Assembly (NCBI GenBank): GCA_965237525.1
Contig: CBDEFO010000008.1
Span: 800,001-864,000 of the forward strand
Length of the DNA stretch: 64,000 nucleotides
Source: Candidatus Latescibacterota bacterium
GTDB taxonomy: Bacteria; Latescibacterota; CBDEFO01
Direction of reading: 5' to 3'
The notes below the pieces were generated by a model. That model made no database searches, was not told the origin of the DNA, and saw only the letters and a program-made list of their open reading frames with translations. The translations under genes were made by a program, and so were the position numbers. This document shows, one piece after another, positions 10,195 through 20,380 of this stretch (position 1 is its first letter; each line of letters opens with the position of its first letter).

Positions 10195-10485
10195 AGCCTG
10201 TAGAACAGATATTAGCGCGTTGCGGCCCAGACCTGGACATTTTACAGTTACAAGACCGGCATCCTTGAGTTCCTTCAATCTCCTCTTTACAGTTTTCTCA
10301 GATTTGCCGAGGAGTTGAGCTATTCTCTTAAGACCTAAAGAACATCCGCTGCCGTCTCCCGGGTTCCACACCAGGATAGCAGCATACAAAACCGTGGCCG
10401 AGGCAGTGAGACTTTCGCTGGACAAGACTGAATCAGGTATCATACGAAGCCGCTCTATTGCCCCCGAATTCATCTTTCCTTTCAC
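10138..10485 (-). CDS. Winged-helix (HTH_36-like) protein resembling a phage/plasmid replication-initiator N-terminus
   Basis: IPDSVL...LTASATVLYAAI...LKRIAQLLGKSEKTVKRRLKELKDAGLVTV; AAGGAG RBS; own promoter. Confidence 0.65.
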   Translation of the reverse strand: MKGKMNSGAIERLRMIPDSVLSSESLTASATVLYAAILVWNPGDGSGCSLGLKRIAQLLGKSEKTVKRRLKELKDAGLVTVKCPGLGRNALISVLQALDRSDVTYLEGSEMNGQH

Positions 10486-10562
10486 TCCTTAAAGTAGTAG
10501 CAGCAAACAGAGGACATCCTCATCTATCGTGATACTGTGCAAATGTTCAGTTACACTTATAC

Positions 10563-10591
10563 AATATAGTGAATATCCCTCCTGTTGTCAA
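10563..10591 (-). promoter_or_regulatory. Sigma70-type promoter of the HTH gene; 19-bp tandem repeat just upstream (10610-10648)
   Basis: TTGACA-17 bp-TATATT; ttttgac(a/g)ctgtacaacca x2. Confidence 0.55.
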
Positions 10592-10720
10592 GTGCCGTTG
10601 TGAAAAAAGTTTTGACACTGTACAACCATTTTGACGCTGTACAACCATGTAGATAATAAGTATGAGGTCAAATACGATTTGTCAAGCTACTTGCATAGGG
10701 GGAAGGTGGTGCCCTGTTTA

Positions 10721-10921
10721 CTATCTGCTGACTACTGTATGCTCCCTTTCAAGGAGGGAGTAGACTGTGGGAATCAAAATTAGGGTCAATAGTGTAGAAG
10801 TTATCAGGCCCCCTATGACAGTTATCGCCATGGGCGCTCTGATTGCTGCTCCTTCTCCTAATCCGAGCGCCATCGGCAGGAGCCCCAACACAGTTGTGGA
10901 TGTCGTCATCAGGATCGGCCG
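10721..10921 (-). pseudogene. Diverged duplicate of the 3' end of the RND permease at 14850-18050
   Basis: [55 protein letters not shown] near-identical to 14850-15034, with synonymous differences and a different tail. Confidence 0.9.
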
Positions 10922-11071
10922 TTCATCCTACGCATCCAGTACCTCCGCCCTAACCCGGCCGCGATATGAGTCCACGTTGACGCCCAAATGTCCCATTTCC
11001 ATTATTCAACAGTAGCGACAGATTATCGCTGCCAGAATTAGCCACAGCTAAGTCATTATGTCCATCCCCTT

Positions 11072-14000
11072 CTAAATCCCCAATGAAAACGGATGCGGTA
11101 CTATCCCATAGTCTCTCTTAGGTGCAAATGTCCCATCTCCATTATTCAAAAGCACTGACACATTATCGCTGCCTAAATTAACCACAGCCAAGTCATTATC
11201 TCCATCTCCACCGTCTAAATCCACACTGAATACTGTTTGGGGATCACTGCCGACAGTATAGTCCACATTAGTTGCAAATGTACCATCTCCATTATTCAGG
11301 AACACTGACACAGTATTGCCAGGCCAATGAAAGGATCCCCCATTAGCCACGGCCAAGTCATTATCTCTATCACCATCTAAATCCACACTGAATACTGAAC
11401 TGGGATTAACCTCAACGCTATAGTCCACCTTAGGGGCAAATGTCCCAGCCCTATTGTTCAACAACACTGATGCGGGGTCACTCCCAACATCATAGTCCAC
11501 CTTAGGGGCAAATGTCCCATCTCCATTATTCAACAGCACGGACACATTATCTCTGTTCCAATTAGCCACGGCCAAGTCATTATCTCTATCACCATCTAAA
11601 TCCACACTGAAGACTGAACTGGGATTAACCTCAACGCTATAGCCCACCTTAGCTGCAAATGTACCATCTCCATTATTCAACAGGACCGACACACTATTGG
11701 GAAAGCTGTGCCAATTAGCAACAGCTAAGTCATTATCTCCATCTCCATCTAAATCTGCACTGAATACTGAAGAGGGACTATCTCCAGTGCCATAGTCCAT
11801 CTTAGGTGCGAATGTCCCATCTCCATTATTCAGCAACACTGATACAGTATCGCCGGGACTGATATTCAGCAACATTGATACAGTATGGCCGAGACTGAAG
11901 CCTGAATTAGCAACAGCTAAGTCATTATCTCCATCTCCATCTAAATCTGCACTGAATACTGATGAGGGATTACCCCCAACTCCATTGTCCACCTTAGGCG
12001 CAAATGTCCCATCTCCATTATTCAATAATACTGATAGAGTATTGCCAGGTTTTTCTTCGGTACCCGCATTAGCTACAGCTAAGTCATTACCTCTATCTCC
12101 GTCTAAATCTACACTGAATACTGAACGGGGATCATCCCCAGTACCGTAGTCTACCTTGTCTGCAAATGTACCATCTCCATTATTCAACAACACTGAGACA
12201 TTATTGCTGGCCCTATTAGCCACAGCTAGGTCATTATCTCCATCCCTATCTAAATCTGCAATGAAGACTGAACTCGGCTTAGACCCAGTGATAGCGTCCA
12301 CAAATAAAAGGGTAATACCTGAAATACCAACAAAACCAATCGAAACTATATAAACCAGAATGAAGAGGAACGTTTTGAAAGCACCGGGGGGAATTGAAAA
12401 AATTCTCTCCCATGTCTGTTCAACAAGCAATGACAAATTCTTTAAAGTTTTTCGCCCTGCCGATGTATTATAGTTTAAGCTTTGTCTGATTTGTCTTATG
12501 ATCTCAGTGTTGAGAGTCAAAGAGGCAATGTCGTCTTTTGATAAATCTTTTCTAACAGCTCTTGCTGCTTTTGCGGTGAAGTATGAATATCGCAAAGACA
12601 ATAGGACTCCAACAGGTATAACGATAAGAATCCAAGCTTGCAAGGATACTGCAATTCCTATGAGCAGCAGGGATGTAACAACTTTAAAAATCACATCTAT
12701 TATGTGATTTCTCGAAAATAGAATTGAATCAAAGTATCTACCACCATCCATGGGGTATAGTGGCAATAAATTGAAAGCATTTATAAAGATGAACATCCAA
12801 GAGGCATCCAAGTAGAGTTTGTCCTTCGTTACGCCATATGCAATCACTAAAATAAGCCCAATAATAAGGCCAGGCAACGGGCCCGCCATTGAAACTAATG
12901 CCTTTTTTGAAGAATACGGAGTTTGTTCTTTTCCAGAAACAGCGGCCCCTATAAAGGGCAAGAAAAACATCTTTACATCAGAATATTTGAATAGTTTCAT
13001 AGCCAAGAAATGACCGGTTTCATGAACAAACAGAACAACAATAATGATTAGTAGGTCTTTAGGTGAGAATTTGATTAGGCCAGCACCTGCAAATACAATA
13101 AGAGATATGACAAGAATAAAGAGATTATTAGAAGCCTTGTGAAAAACCCTTAGATTCAGAAAGTAGTATAGAACAAGCATTGATAAAGCAGCTCCGATGT
13201 ATTATATTATGTTATTGATAATATTATACATGGAGGAAACAATGACCCCACAAAAGCAGGAACAGACAAATCCGATGTTTCACTATTTTCAGATGGAGGA
13301 TTTAGTTCCCGAGGATCATATCCTTCGTCAGATTGATGAGGCAGTTGATTTTTCATTTGTACGAGACGTTGTATCAGATTGTTATTGCCCTGACAATGGC
13401 AGACCCGGTATTGATCCTGAATTAGTTGTTCGAATGATCCTTATTGGCTATCTGTATAATTTGAGTGAGAATCGGCTCTGTCAGGAAGTGGGGATGCATG
13501 CGGCATATCGGTTGTTTTGTCATCAGACATTTGATGATGCGGTTCCGGATAGGAGCACGATCAACAAGCTTCGCAATCACAAGTGGGCATCCAGTGGGTT
13601 GTTTGAACGGATAATGCGTCAGGTAGTCCAGTGTTGCATAGATGTCGGTCTTGTGAGCGGTAAACACCTTAGTGTCGACGGCACTCAGATACAAGCTGAT
13701 GCTTCAGTGAAAAGTATTGAGCCGATAGAACCCCCTGTTTCTCTTGATGATTATCTCAAGGGAATCGGTTTTGAAGGTGATAAGACAAAGGGTAGGTCCG
13801 GGCATCCTCAGGATAAAGACTTTCATGGTGAAAAGTGGACGAACCAAACACACCGTTCGACTACAGACCCCGACGCGCGCTTATACAGCAAATCGAAGGG
13901 CAAAGGGGCTTTTCTCTCGTTTATGGGCCATGATCTGATCGACACAAAAAGCAGAGTAATCCTTGAGACTCAGGGCACGCAGGCGACAGGGACAGCAGAG

Positions 14001-14733
14001 CCCGAAAGTGCCCTTAAGATGGTAGATGACCTTGAAACATAGACCATGCCCAAAGACATTCAGACACTTAGTGCCGATACCGGTTACGGTTCTGGTAATT
14101 TTATCGCTGATGTACTTGACCGGGGAATCATACCCCATATTCCTCTGCGAGCCGATGAGAAGATTGAACCGATTCCTACATGGAAAAACAAGACAAATCC
14201 AGCACATATTCAGGCCGAACGGGATAGAAAAGTGCGAGAGGCGAAAGCCAGAAATCATGCACGGTCTATCTCATTAACAGCTGACTACAAACTCTCCCGG
14301 AGACTCCGTAAACGCAGTGAACATATCTTTGCTGAAGCCAGGCAACAACACGGTATGGGACGAGCCCGTTATAGAGGACCAGCCTCACTGAATGAACAGT
14401 TGAATCTTGTTGCAACAGTACAGAATCTCAAGAGGCTTGTATCTTTCATAAGAAGGGGGAAAGCGTCTATGTGTGCCCTGTCTGTCAAAGACAGTGCATC
14501 CTGTTCTTCAAACAGCTCCTATTCCTTGCTGACCAGAACTCTGATAAGACTATTTTGCTTATTCCACAGCAAAACGATACGATATGCTTCTCTTTGACCC
14601 ATAATCGGCGCTTCAGACGCTGCCTGGGACATAACTATTTCACAAGGCTTTTAAGGCTTCCTGATTTTTTTCCTGAAGGATTGTTTATTTCGTTTAGAAC
14701 ATCTTCATCAGAAATCTGTGTCAATAGTGGCAT
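11072..14733 (-). pseudogene. M50 site-2 protease fused to FG-GAP/VCBS repeats, interrupted near its 5' end by IS1182
   Basis: HETGH, AGP, FNLLPLYPMDGG motifs; about 7 DLDGDGDNDLAVAN repeats; removing the IS restores frame ...GKKSGSL/NNLFILV. Confidence 0.85.
13131..14651 (+). mobile_element. IS1182-family element, copy 1 (transposase with internal TAG at 14040-14042)
   Basis: LVPEDHILR, GRPGIDP, VDGT, TTDPDA, ADTGY, RSEHIF; IRs aagccttgtgaaa/tttcacaaggctt; TAC in intact copies. Confidence 0.95.
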
Positions 14734-14849
14734 TGTAGCTCCTCATCTGTATCTTGAACAGTTGGTTCTTGAGTAGATAGCTGATTTTCCACAAGCATTA
14801 CAGAACTTTGCTGTATCAACCCAGCCCTGCATCAAACACGCACGTTCAT

Positions 14850-17800
14850 CTATTTTGTCTCTCTTTCAAATATAGAGTAGACCGTGGGGATCAGAATTAA
14901 AGTCAATAGTGTAGATGTTATCAGGCCACCTATGACAGTAATCGCCATGGGTGCTCTAATTTCTGCTCCTTCTCCTAATCCGAGCGCCATGGGCAGCAAC
15001 CCCAGCACAGTTGTGGATGTCGTCATCAGGATCGGTCTCAGCCTCACCTTTGCCGCCTCTATGATGGCCTCCATCTTGGACATTCCCTCGTCTCTGTAGA
15101 GATGGTTAGTATAATCTACCAAAACGATGGCGTTGTTTACGACGATGCCCGCAAGCATAACGACGCCTATGAGCACGACTACGCTTACGGTCCCACCTGT
15201 GATGTAGAGCGCGGCCACAACGCCGATTATGGCAAAGGGGATCGAAAACATAATCACGAGTGGATGCAATAGCGACTCAAACTGCGACGCCATAATCAAA
15301 TAGACCAAAAATACCGCAAGTAAGATGGCAAACTGCATGCTTTCGAAGGACTCCGACATCTCTTTGTTCTGTCCCCCCACAAATATGGAGAAATCTCCGG
15401 GGACTATACCTTTTCTATACAGCCGGTCAATCTCTTCTTCTATCTCCTCCACTACACTCCCCAAATCTCGCCCTGATATATTAGCCGTCACGAGGGCTGT
15501 TCGCTCCTGATTTACTCTCCTAATCTCGGCAGGGCCCCTTTCCAATTTCACATCAGCCACAGCGTAAAGAGGGATAGGCACAACCTTTTCCTCGAAAGAT
15601 CCTGCGTCAGACAGGTTGGACTGACCCACCGATACTCCCGCTGTGCTATTATTTACCGTAAGTCTCTTTATATCGTCTATGTTCCTTCTGTACTCCTCCT
15701 TTGCCCGTACTCTTATATCTATCTTCCTGTCCTTCATTGAAAGCTCTGTTGGGACTTCTCCCTGAATCTTATTCCTTATGATCTGTGATACAGTTTCTAT
15801 ATCAAGCCCTAAAGACGCCAATTTTCGCCTGTTAAGTGTGATCTGGATTTCGGGGTTTCCACTCTCGGCGCTCGATTTTATGTCCGTCAGCCCCGAAATG
15901 TTGGACATTCTGAAAGACAGCTCCTGTGAAAGTTCCTGTAAGGTCTTTAGATTGTAGCCTGAGATCTCCACTTCAACAGGCGTCTTGAAGCTGAAGTACG
16001 CAGGTCTTGAGAACTTGTGCTCCAGGGCCGGAATCTGGTTGAATCTGTGCCGCAATCTATTCATAATTGCCTCTTCACCTTCCCTATCTATTTCCCTGTA
16101 TAGCCTTACGTTGATCTGAGCGATATTTTCCCTCTCCTCCGACCCCCCTGACTCGCCGACAGAGCCGACTGTCGTATAGACAGTCTCGATCTGGCCGTCT
16201 AACTCCTTTATCATCTTCTCCATGCCTTCTGTGCGCTCATTTGTGTCGTCCAACGGCGTCCCGACGGGCAACTTCACGTTCACAAGAAAAACCCCCTGAC
16301 TCATCTCGGGAATAAGCTCTGTCCCTAAAAGATCGATAGAATAGACTGACAGGGCAAGGAGACAAGCCGAACAGATTATCACCACCGTCCTGTTGTATAG
16401 TGCCCATCTTAAGAGAGCGGGATAGTGGTCTCTCACGTAGCCAAAGGCTCTATCAAAGATGAGATGTAAGGGATATAGTACCGCGTTGATCCCTCGTCCC
16501 AAGATGAGGAACAGGCCCTGTATGGAGCGTAAGACCGCACCTAACTTCAGAGGAGATTCATTTTCGGGATTCGCCTTTGATCTCAACTGCACGCTGGATA
16601 GCATAGGTATCACCGTTAGAGCCACGACGAGGGAGGCTAAGAGGGAGAACGTCACGGTGAGCGCCTGATCACGGAATAGCTGCCCTGCTATTCCCTCCAC
16701 AAACACTATCGGGGCAAAGACGCATATTGTGGTCAGCGTCGAAGCTGTCACAGCCTTTCCAACTTCACTTGCTCCTAAATTGGCCGACTCCAGGATGGAA
16801 TGACCCCTGTCTTTGTATCGCTGGATGCTCTCCAGGACCACGATGGAGTTATCTACAAGCATTCCGATGCCTAAAGCCAGTCCTCCCAAAGACATTATGT
16901 TCAGAGATACGTCGAACAGGTACATCAAGAAGAACGTAGTTACCACTGAAATTGGGATGGCCAGACTTATGATGCCAGTGCTCCTGGAATTCTTGAGGAA
17001 AAGATAGAGCACAAAGATAGCCAATATCCCTCCATATATCGCCGTGTTCAGAACCTCTGAGATCGACTGCTCGATAAATCTGGACTGATCGAAGATGACC
17101 TTCATACTCACAGACGGAAAGAGCTCTTTCGATTTGAGCTTCAGGTCCTCCAACTTGTCCCGAACTTGCTTTGCCGCGGTGGCAGTATTGGCATCCGCCT
17201 CTTTATAGACTGCGACCTCCACGCTCTCCTGTCCGTTTATCTTTGTAATTATGTTCCTCTCCTTATGCCCCCTTTTGACCCAAGCTACGTCTTTAAGTGT
17301 TATGACAGCTCCGTTTTTCCATCCTATTACAATATCCTGGATCTCATCTACCGATCTGAACTGATTCAGAGTCCTGACGATATACTCCGCCGCGCCGTCC
17401 TTCAAGAGTCCTCCCGCCAGGTTGACATTCTCCTGGGATAGCCTGTCTGCAACCTGTGTGATCGGAATCTGTAAGCTTGCAAGCTTTCCCGTGTTTACTT
17501 CGACATTTATCTCCTCTTCCAATCCGCCGCTTACGTTTATGGCGGCCATACCTTCCAACCCCTCAAGTTCCTGTTTTATGTCGTCTTCGGCAAAGAGGCG
17601 CAGGGCAACAAGACTTTCCTTTCCGTAGATTCCGATCCTCATAATCGGGTCCAGAGACGGATCGAACCTCAAGAGAAGCGGCTTCTCGGAATCTCTGGGA
17701 AGATTTACTAAGTCAAGCTTCTCCCTTATATCCAGAGACGCAAAATCCATGTTCGTGCCCCAGCCGAATTCAACCATTACGTCCGAATTTCCGGGTCTTG

Positions 17801-18050
17801 AGGCGGAGCTAACTCTCACTACGCCATTTACGACTCCGACAGCTTCCTCTATGGGTTTGGAGATCAAGTTTTCCACCTCGCCCGGAGCCGTGCCTGGATA
17901 CTTGGTTCTTACGGTCAGGGTCGGATAAGTTATATCGGGCAGAAGGTTTACGGCTAATCTGTCGAACGACACCCATCCGAACAGCACTGCCGCCGCCACG
18001 AACATCGTGACAGTGACCCTTCGCCTTGTGGAAAACTGGACTATCTTCAT
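14850..18050 (-). CDS. RND efflux permease (AcrB/MdtB-C family), first subunit
   Basis: 1066 aa; GMLVDNSIVV; RLRPILMT. Confidence 0.95.
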   Translation of the reverse strand: MKIVQFSTRRRVTVTMFVAAAVLFGWVSFDRLAVNLLPDITYPTLTVRTKYPGTAPGEVENLISKPIEEAVGVVNGVVRVSSASRPGNSDVMVEFGWGTNMDFASLDIREKLDLVNLPRDSEKPLLLRFDPSLDPIMRIGIYGKESLVALRLFAEDDIKQELEGLEGMAAINVSGGLEEEINVEVNTGKLASLQIPITQVADRLSQENVNLAGGLLKDGAAEYIVRTLNQFRSVDEIQDIVIGWKNGAVITLKDVAWVKRGHKERNIITKINGQESVEVAVYKEADANTATAAKQVRDKLEDLKLKSKELFPSVSMKVIFDQSRFIEQSISEVLNTAIYGGILAIFVLYLFLKNSRSTGIISLAIPISVVTTFFLMYLFDVSLNIMSLGGLALGIGMLVDNSIVVLESIQRYKDRGHSILESANLGASEVGKAVTASTLTTICVFAPIVFVEGIAGQLFRDQALTVTFSLLASLVVALTVIPMLSSVQLRSKANPENESPLKLGAVLRSIQGLFLILGRGINAVLYPLHLIFDRAFGYVRDHYPALLRWALYNRTVVIICSACLLALSVYSIDLLGTELIPEMSQGVFLVNVKLPVGTPLDDTNERTEGMEKMIKELDGQIETVYTTVGSVGESGGSEERENIAQINVRLYREIDREGEEAIMNRLRHRFNQIPALEHKFSRPAYFSFKTPVEVEISGYNLKTLQELSQELSFRMSNISGLTDIKSSAESGNPEIQITLNRRKLASLGLDIETVSQIIRNKIQGEVPTELSMKDRKIDIRVRAKEEYRRNIDDIKRLTVNNSTAGVSVGQSNLSDAGSFEEKVVPIPLYAVADVKLERGPAEIRRVNQERTALVTANISGRDLGSVVEEIEEEIDRLYRKGIVPGDFSIFVGGQNKEMSESFESMQFAILLAVFLVYLIMASQFESLLHPLVIMFSIPFAIIGVVAALYITGGTVSVVVLIGVVMLAGIVVNNAIVLVDYTNHLYRDEGMSKMEAIIEAAKVRLRPILMTTSTTVLGLLPMALGLGEGAEIRAPMAITVIGGLITSTLLTLILIPTVYSIFERETK

Positions 18051-18146
18051 CTATAAGTACCCTGTTCCTGTCTAGTGGGGCGTGTCAGACAAGAATGTCT
18101 GACCCACCACAAGGTGCACAGAGAGATTTTGCTTTTTCGCCTTTTC

Positions 18147-18193
18147 CCTGTCTACTGTCTACTGTTTGCTGTCTACTGCCTTTATGCTGTCTA
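18147..18193 (-). repeat. AGTAGAC-type heptamer array at pcm stop codon; REP-like hairpin at 18075-18109
   Basis: Minus strand TAGacagcataaaggcagtagacagcaaacagtagacagtagacag; gtcagacaagaatgtctgac. Confidence 0.6.
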
Positions 18194-18964
18194 CCTGTCT
18201 TCCGCTTCTCCGGTCATAGGGACAAACCTGACGGGAATTATGTTCTTTCTGGTGATGCCCTTTTGGTCTTTGGTCATGAGCACGAGTTCTTGATGCTCCT
18301 CGCCCACAGGTATGACCATCCTCCCGCCGACCTTAAGTTGATCAATGAGAGGCTGAGGGATATGGTCTGGCGCCGCTGTGACGATTATGCCGTCAAAGGG
18401 GGCATGCTCTTTCCAGCCCTGATAGCCGTCTCCCCATTTGACGGTTATATTCTTATACCCCATCTTCTCCAAGCGCTCCTTTGCGCTTTCGGCAAGTTCC
18501 TTGACTATCTCTATGGTATAGACTTCTCCTGCTATCTTGCTTAAGACCGCGGCCTGATAGCCGAGGCCTGTGCCGATCTCCAGGACATTTGCGCCGTCCG
18601 CAGCGGTCGCACCGCTCTTCAGCTCCAAAAGTTCCGTCATGAAGGCCACTATGTAAGGCTGCGAAATTGTCTGTTCGTGGCCGATAGGTAGGGGAGTATC
18701 CTGATAAGCCCTGTCCCGGTAGGTCTTGGGCACAAATTTATGCCTTGCCACCTCCCTCATCGCATCTAAAACCAGCTCGTCCTTCACCCCTCTTGCTATT
18801 ATCTGATCCTCCACCATCTTTGCTCTTTCCTGCGCAAAGTACTCCTCGTCCATCGCGCTCTTCTCCTTGCCATTTCCCGAATTGTAGCATGATTGCAAAG
18901 ATATAAATGTAAGCATGATTAAGATCACAACCTTAGGTTGAATTCCCTTTAATGGGACGCTCAT
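18191..18964 (-). CDS. pcm: Protein-L-isoaspartate O-methyltransferase with N-terminal lipoprotein-like signal
   Basis: QTISQPYIVA, VLEIGTGLGYQAA, GDGYQGW, APFDGIIVTAA, VRFVPM; hydrophobic stretch ending LQSC. Confidence 0.93.
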   Translation of the reverse strand: MSVPLKGIQPKVVILIMLTFISLQSCYNSGNGKEKSAMDEEYFAQERAKMVEDQIIARGVKDELVLDAMREVARHKFVPKTYRDRAYQDTPLPIGHEQTISQPYIVAFMTELLELKSGATAADGANVLEIGTGLGYQAAVLSKIAGEVYTIEIVKELAESAKERLEKMGYKNITVKWGDGYQGWKEHAPFDGIIVTAAPDHIPQPLIDQLKVGGRMVIPVGEEHQELVLMTKDQKGITRKNIIPVRFVPMTGEAEDR

Positions 18965-20346
18965 CGCTCACCACCGCCCCATCTTTTTTTCATCTTCTGT
19001 GGCATCTTTCGGAAGAACTCCTTCTGCTTTTCTGCGGTACTTTCAAAGTCTGGATCTTTCTTTGCCATCTTATCGTACTCCATCTTAATCTCAGGGTTTT
19101 GAAGCATCCGCTCCTTGATCCTCTTAAAGATCTCAGGTGACATCTCCCTGCCTTCTAACTTTCCTTTTTCCCCTTTTGCAGTGAACGTTCCACCTGAGGT
19201 GGCCACTTTCATAGTATCTACCGGCAGTGGATACTCAGCACTCTCTACTACCCGCACGTTCGTCCCGGTTTTGAGCCCCTCATGTCCCGCCGTAATCACC
19301 AAGTCTCCCTCACTTAAACCGTTCAGTACCTCTATTCTCTCGCCGTCCGCAAAGCCAGGGCTTATTCTCACCTGCCGAGCTATACCATTTGCAGTGGTGG
19401 TATCGCTCTCGAATACGAAAACGTTGTCCTCATCGGTCTCAAGGTTTAAGGCTCTCTTGGGGATCACAAGGGCATCGCGATGGGTCTCTGTGATAATGTT
19501 TATTGACGCGAACATCCCTGGCTTCAAAGGATTCTCCGTGCCGTGCAACCGCTGCGAGTTAGGGATCTCGACGGTTATCTTAACTGTCCCGCTGTGAGCG
19601 TCCACCACAGGACTGACCATCGTTACCTTGCCGATAAACTCCCGTTCCGGGAGTGCCTCCAAGTCTATTTTGGCCTTTTGACCTGTACTTACCTTTCCTA
19701 TATCCCTTTCCGGGATATGAATCTTTGCCAGCAAGGTATCAAAATCGGCGACAGAGAAAAGGTGCTGATTTGTATTCACATTTGCCCCGACGTCCACATT
19801 TCTCATTGTTATGATCCCGGATATAGGAGATGTAATATCAGTGTACCCCAACTTCAGCTTTGCGACTCCTAACTGTGCGTAAGCCCTGTCCACACTGTAC
19901 TTATCGCTTTCGTACTGTTGATCGCTTATCAGTTTCTTCCTGTACATCTCCTCTGATCTTTTGAAGTTCTTCTGTGCGTCCAGCAGTATCATCTGTTCCT
20001 GTATCATGTCCAACTCTATTTCCCTTTTGTCTAACTGCGCTAACAACTGCCCTTCAACAATCTTGTCGCCCTCCTCAACCAGGAGATGAGTTACCAGCCC
20101 GGAGGCCTTTGAGATCACCTGAACCTCCCTTTGAGCCTCAAGCGTCGTAGTCGTCAGTATGAAGCTATCTATTGCCTCTCTTTTGACCTTTTCGACTTTC
20201 ACGGGCACAGCGGCTGCGGCGCCTCTCTCCGGAAAGTTGCCCCTGCTCCAAAAGTTTCTCCCTCCTTTCGAATTTTCGTCCTTCTCACAGCTTAATGACG
20301 TGATCAGAAAAATGAGCAACATTAACGTCCATAAAGAACGGTTCAC
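18961..20346 (-). CDS. RND periplasmic adaptor (membrane fusion protein), lipoprotein
   Basis: SLSC lipobox; biotinyl-like VEEGD.I..GQLLA; ISSPISG-type motif; LKPGMFA. Confidence 0.93.
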   Translation of the reverse strand: MNRSLWTLMLLIFLITSLSCEKDENSKGGRNFWSRGNFPERGAAAAVPVKVEKVKREAIDSFILTTTTLEAQREVQVISKASGLVTHLLVEEGDKIVEGQLLAQLDKREIELDMIQEQMILLDAQKNFKRSEEMYRKKLISDQQYESDKYSVDRAYAQLGVAKLKLGYTDITSPISGIITMRNVDVGANVNTNQHLFSVADFDTLLAKIHIPERDIGKVSTGQKAKIDLEALPEREFIGKVTMVSPVVDAHSGTVKITVEIPNSQRLHGTENPLKPGMFASINIITETHRDALVIPKRALNLETDEDNVFVFESDTTTANGIARQVRISPGFADGERIEVLNGLSEGDLVITAGHEGLKTGTNVRVVESAEYPLPVDTMKVATSGGTFTAKGEKGKLEGREMSPEIFKRIKERMLQNPEIKMEYDKMAKKDPDFESTAEKQKEFFRKMPQKMKKRWGGGER

Positions 20347-20380
20347 CTGAATCTCCTTTCTTTCCTCAGATAGTGCATGA

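Noticed and set aside
14040..14042. TAG readthrough in IS1182 copy 1
   Set aside because: Other copies have TAC; nonsense mutation or base error
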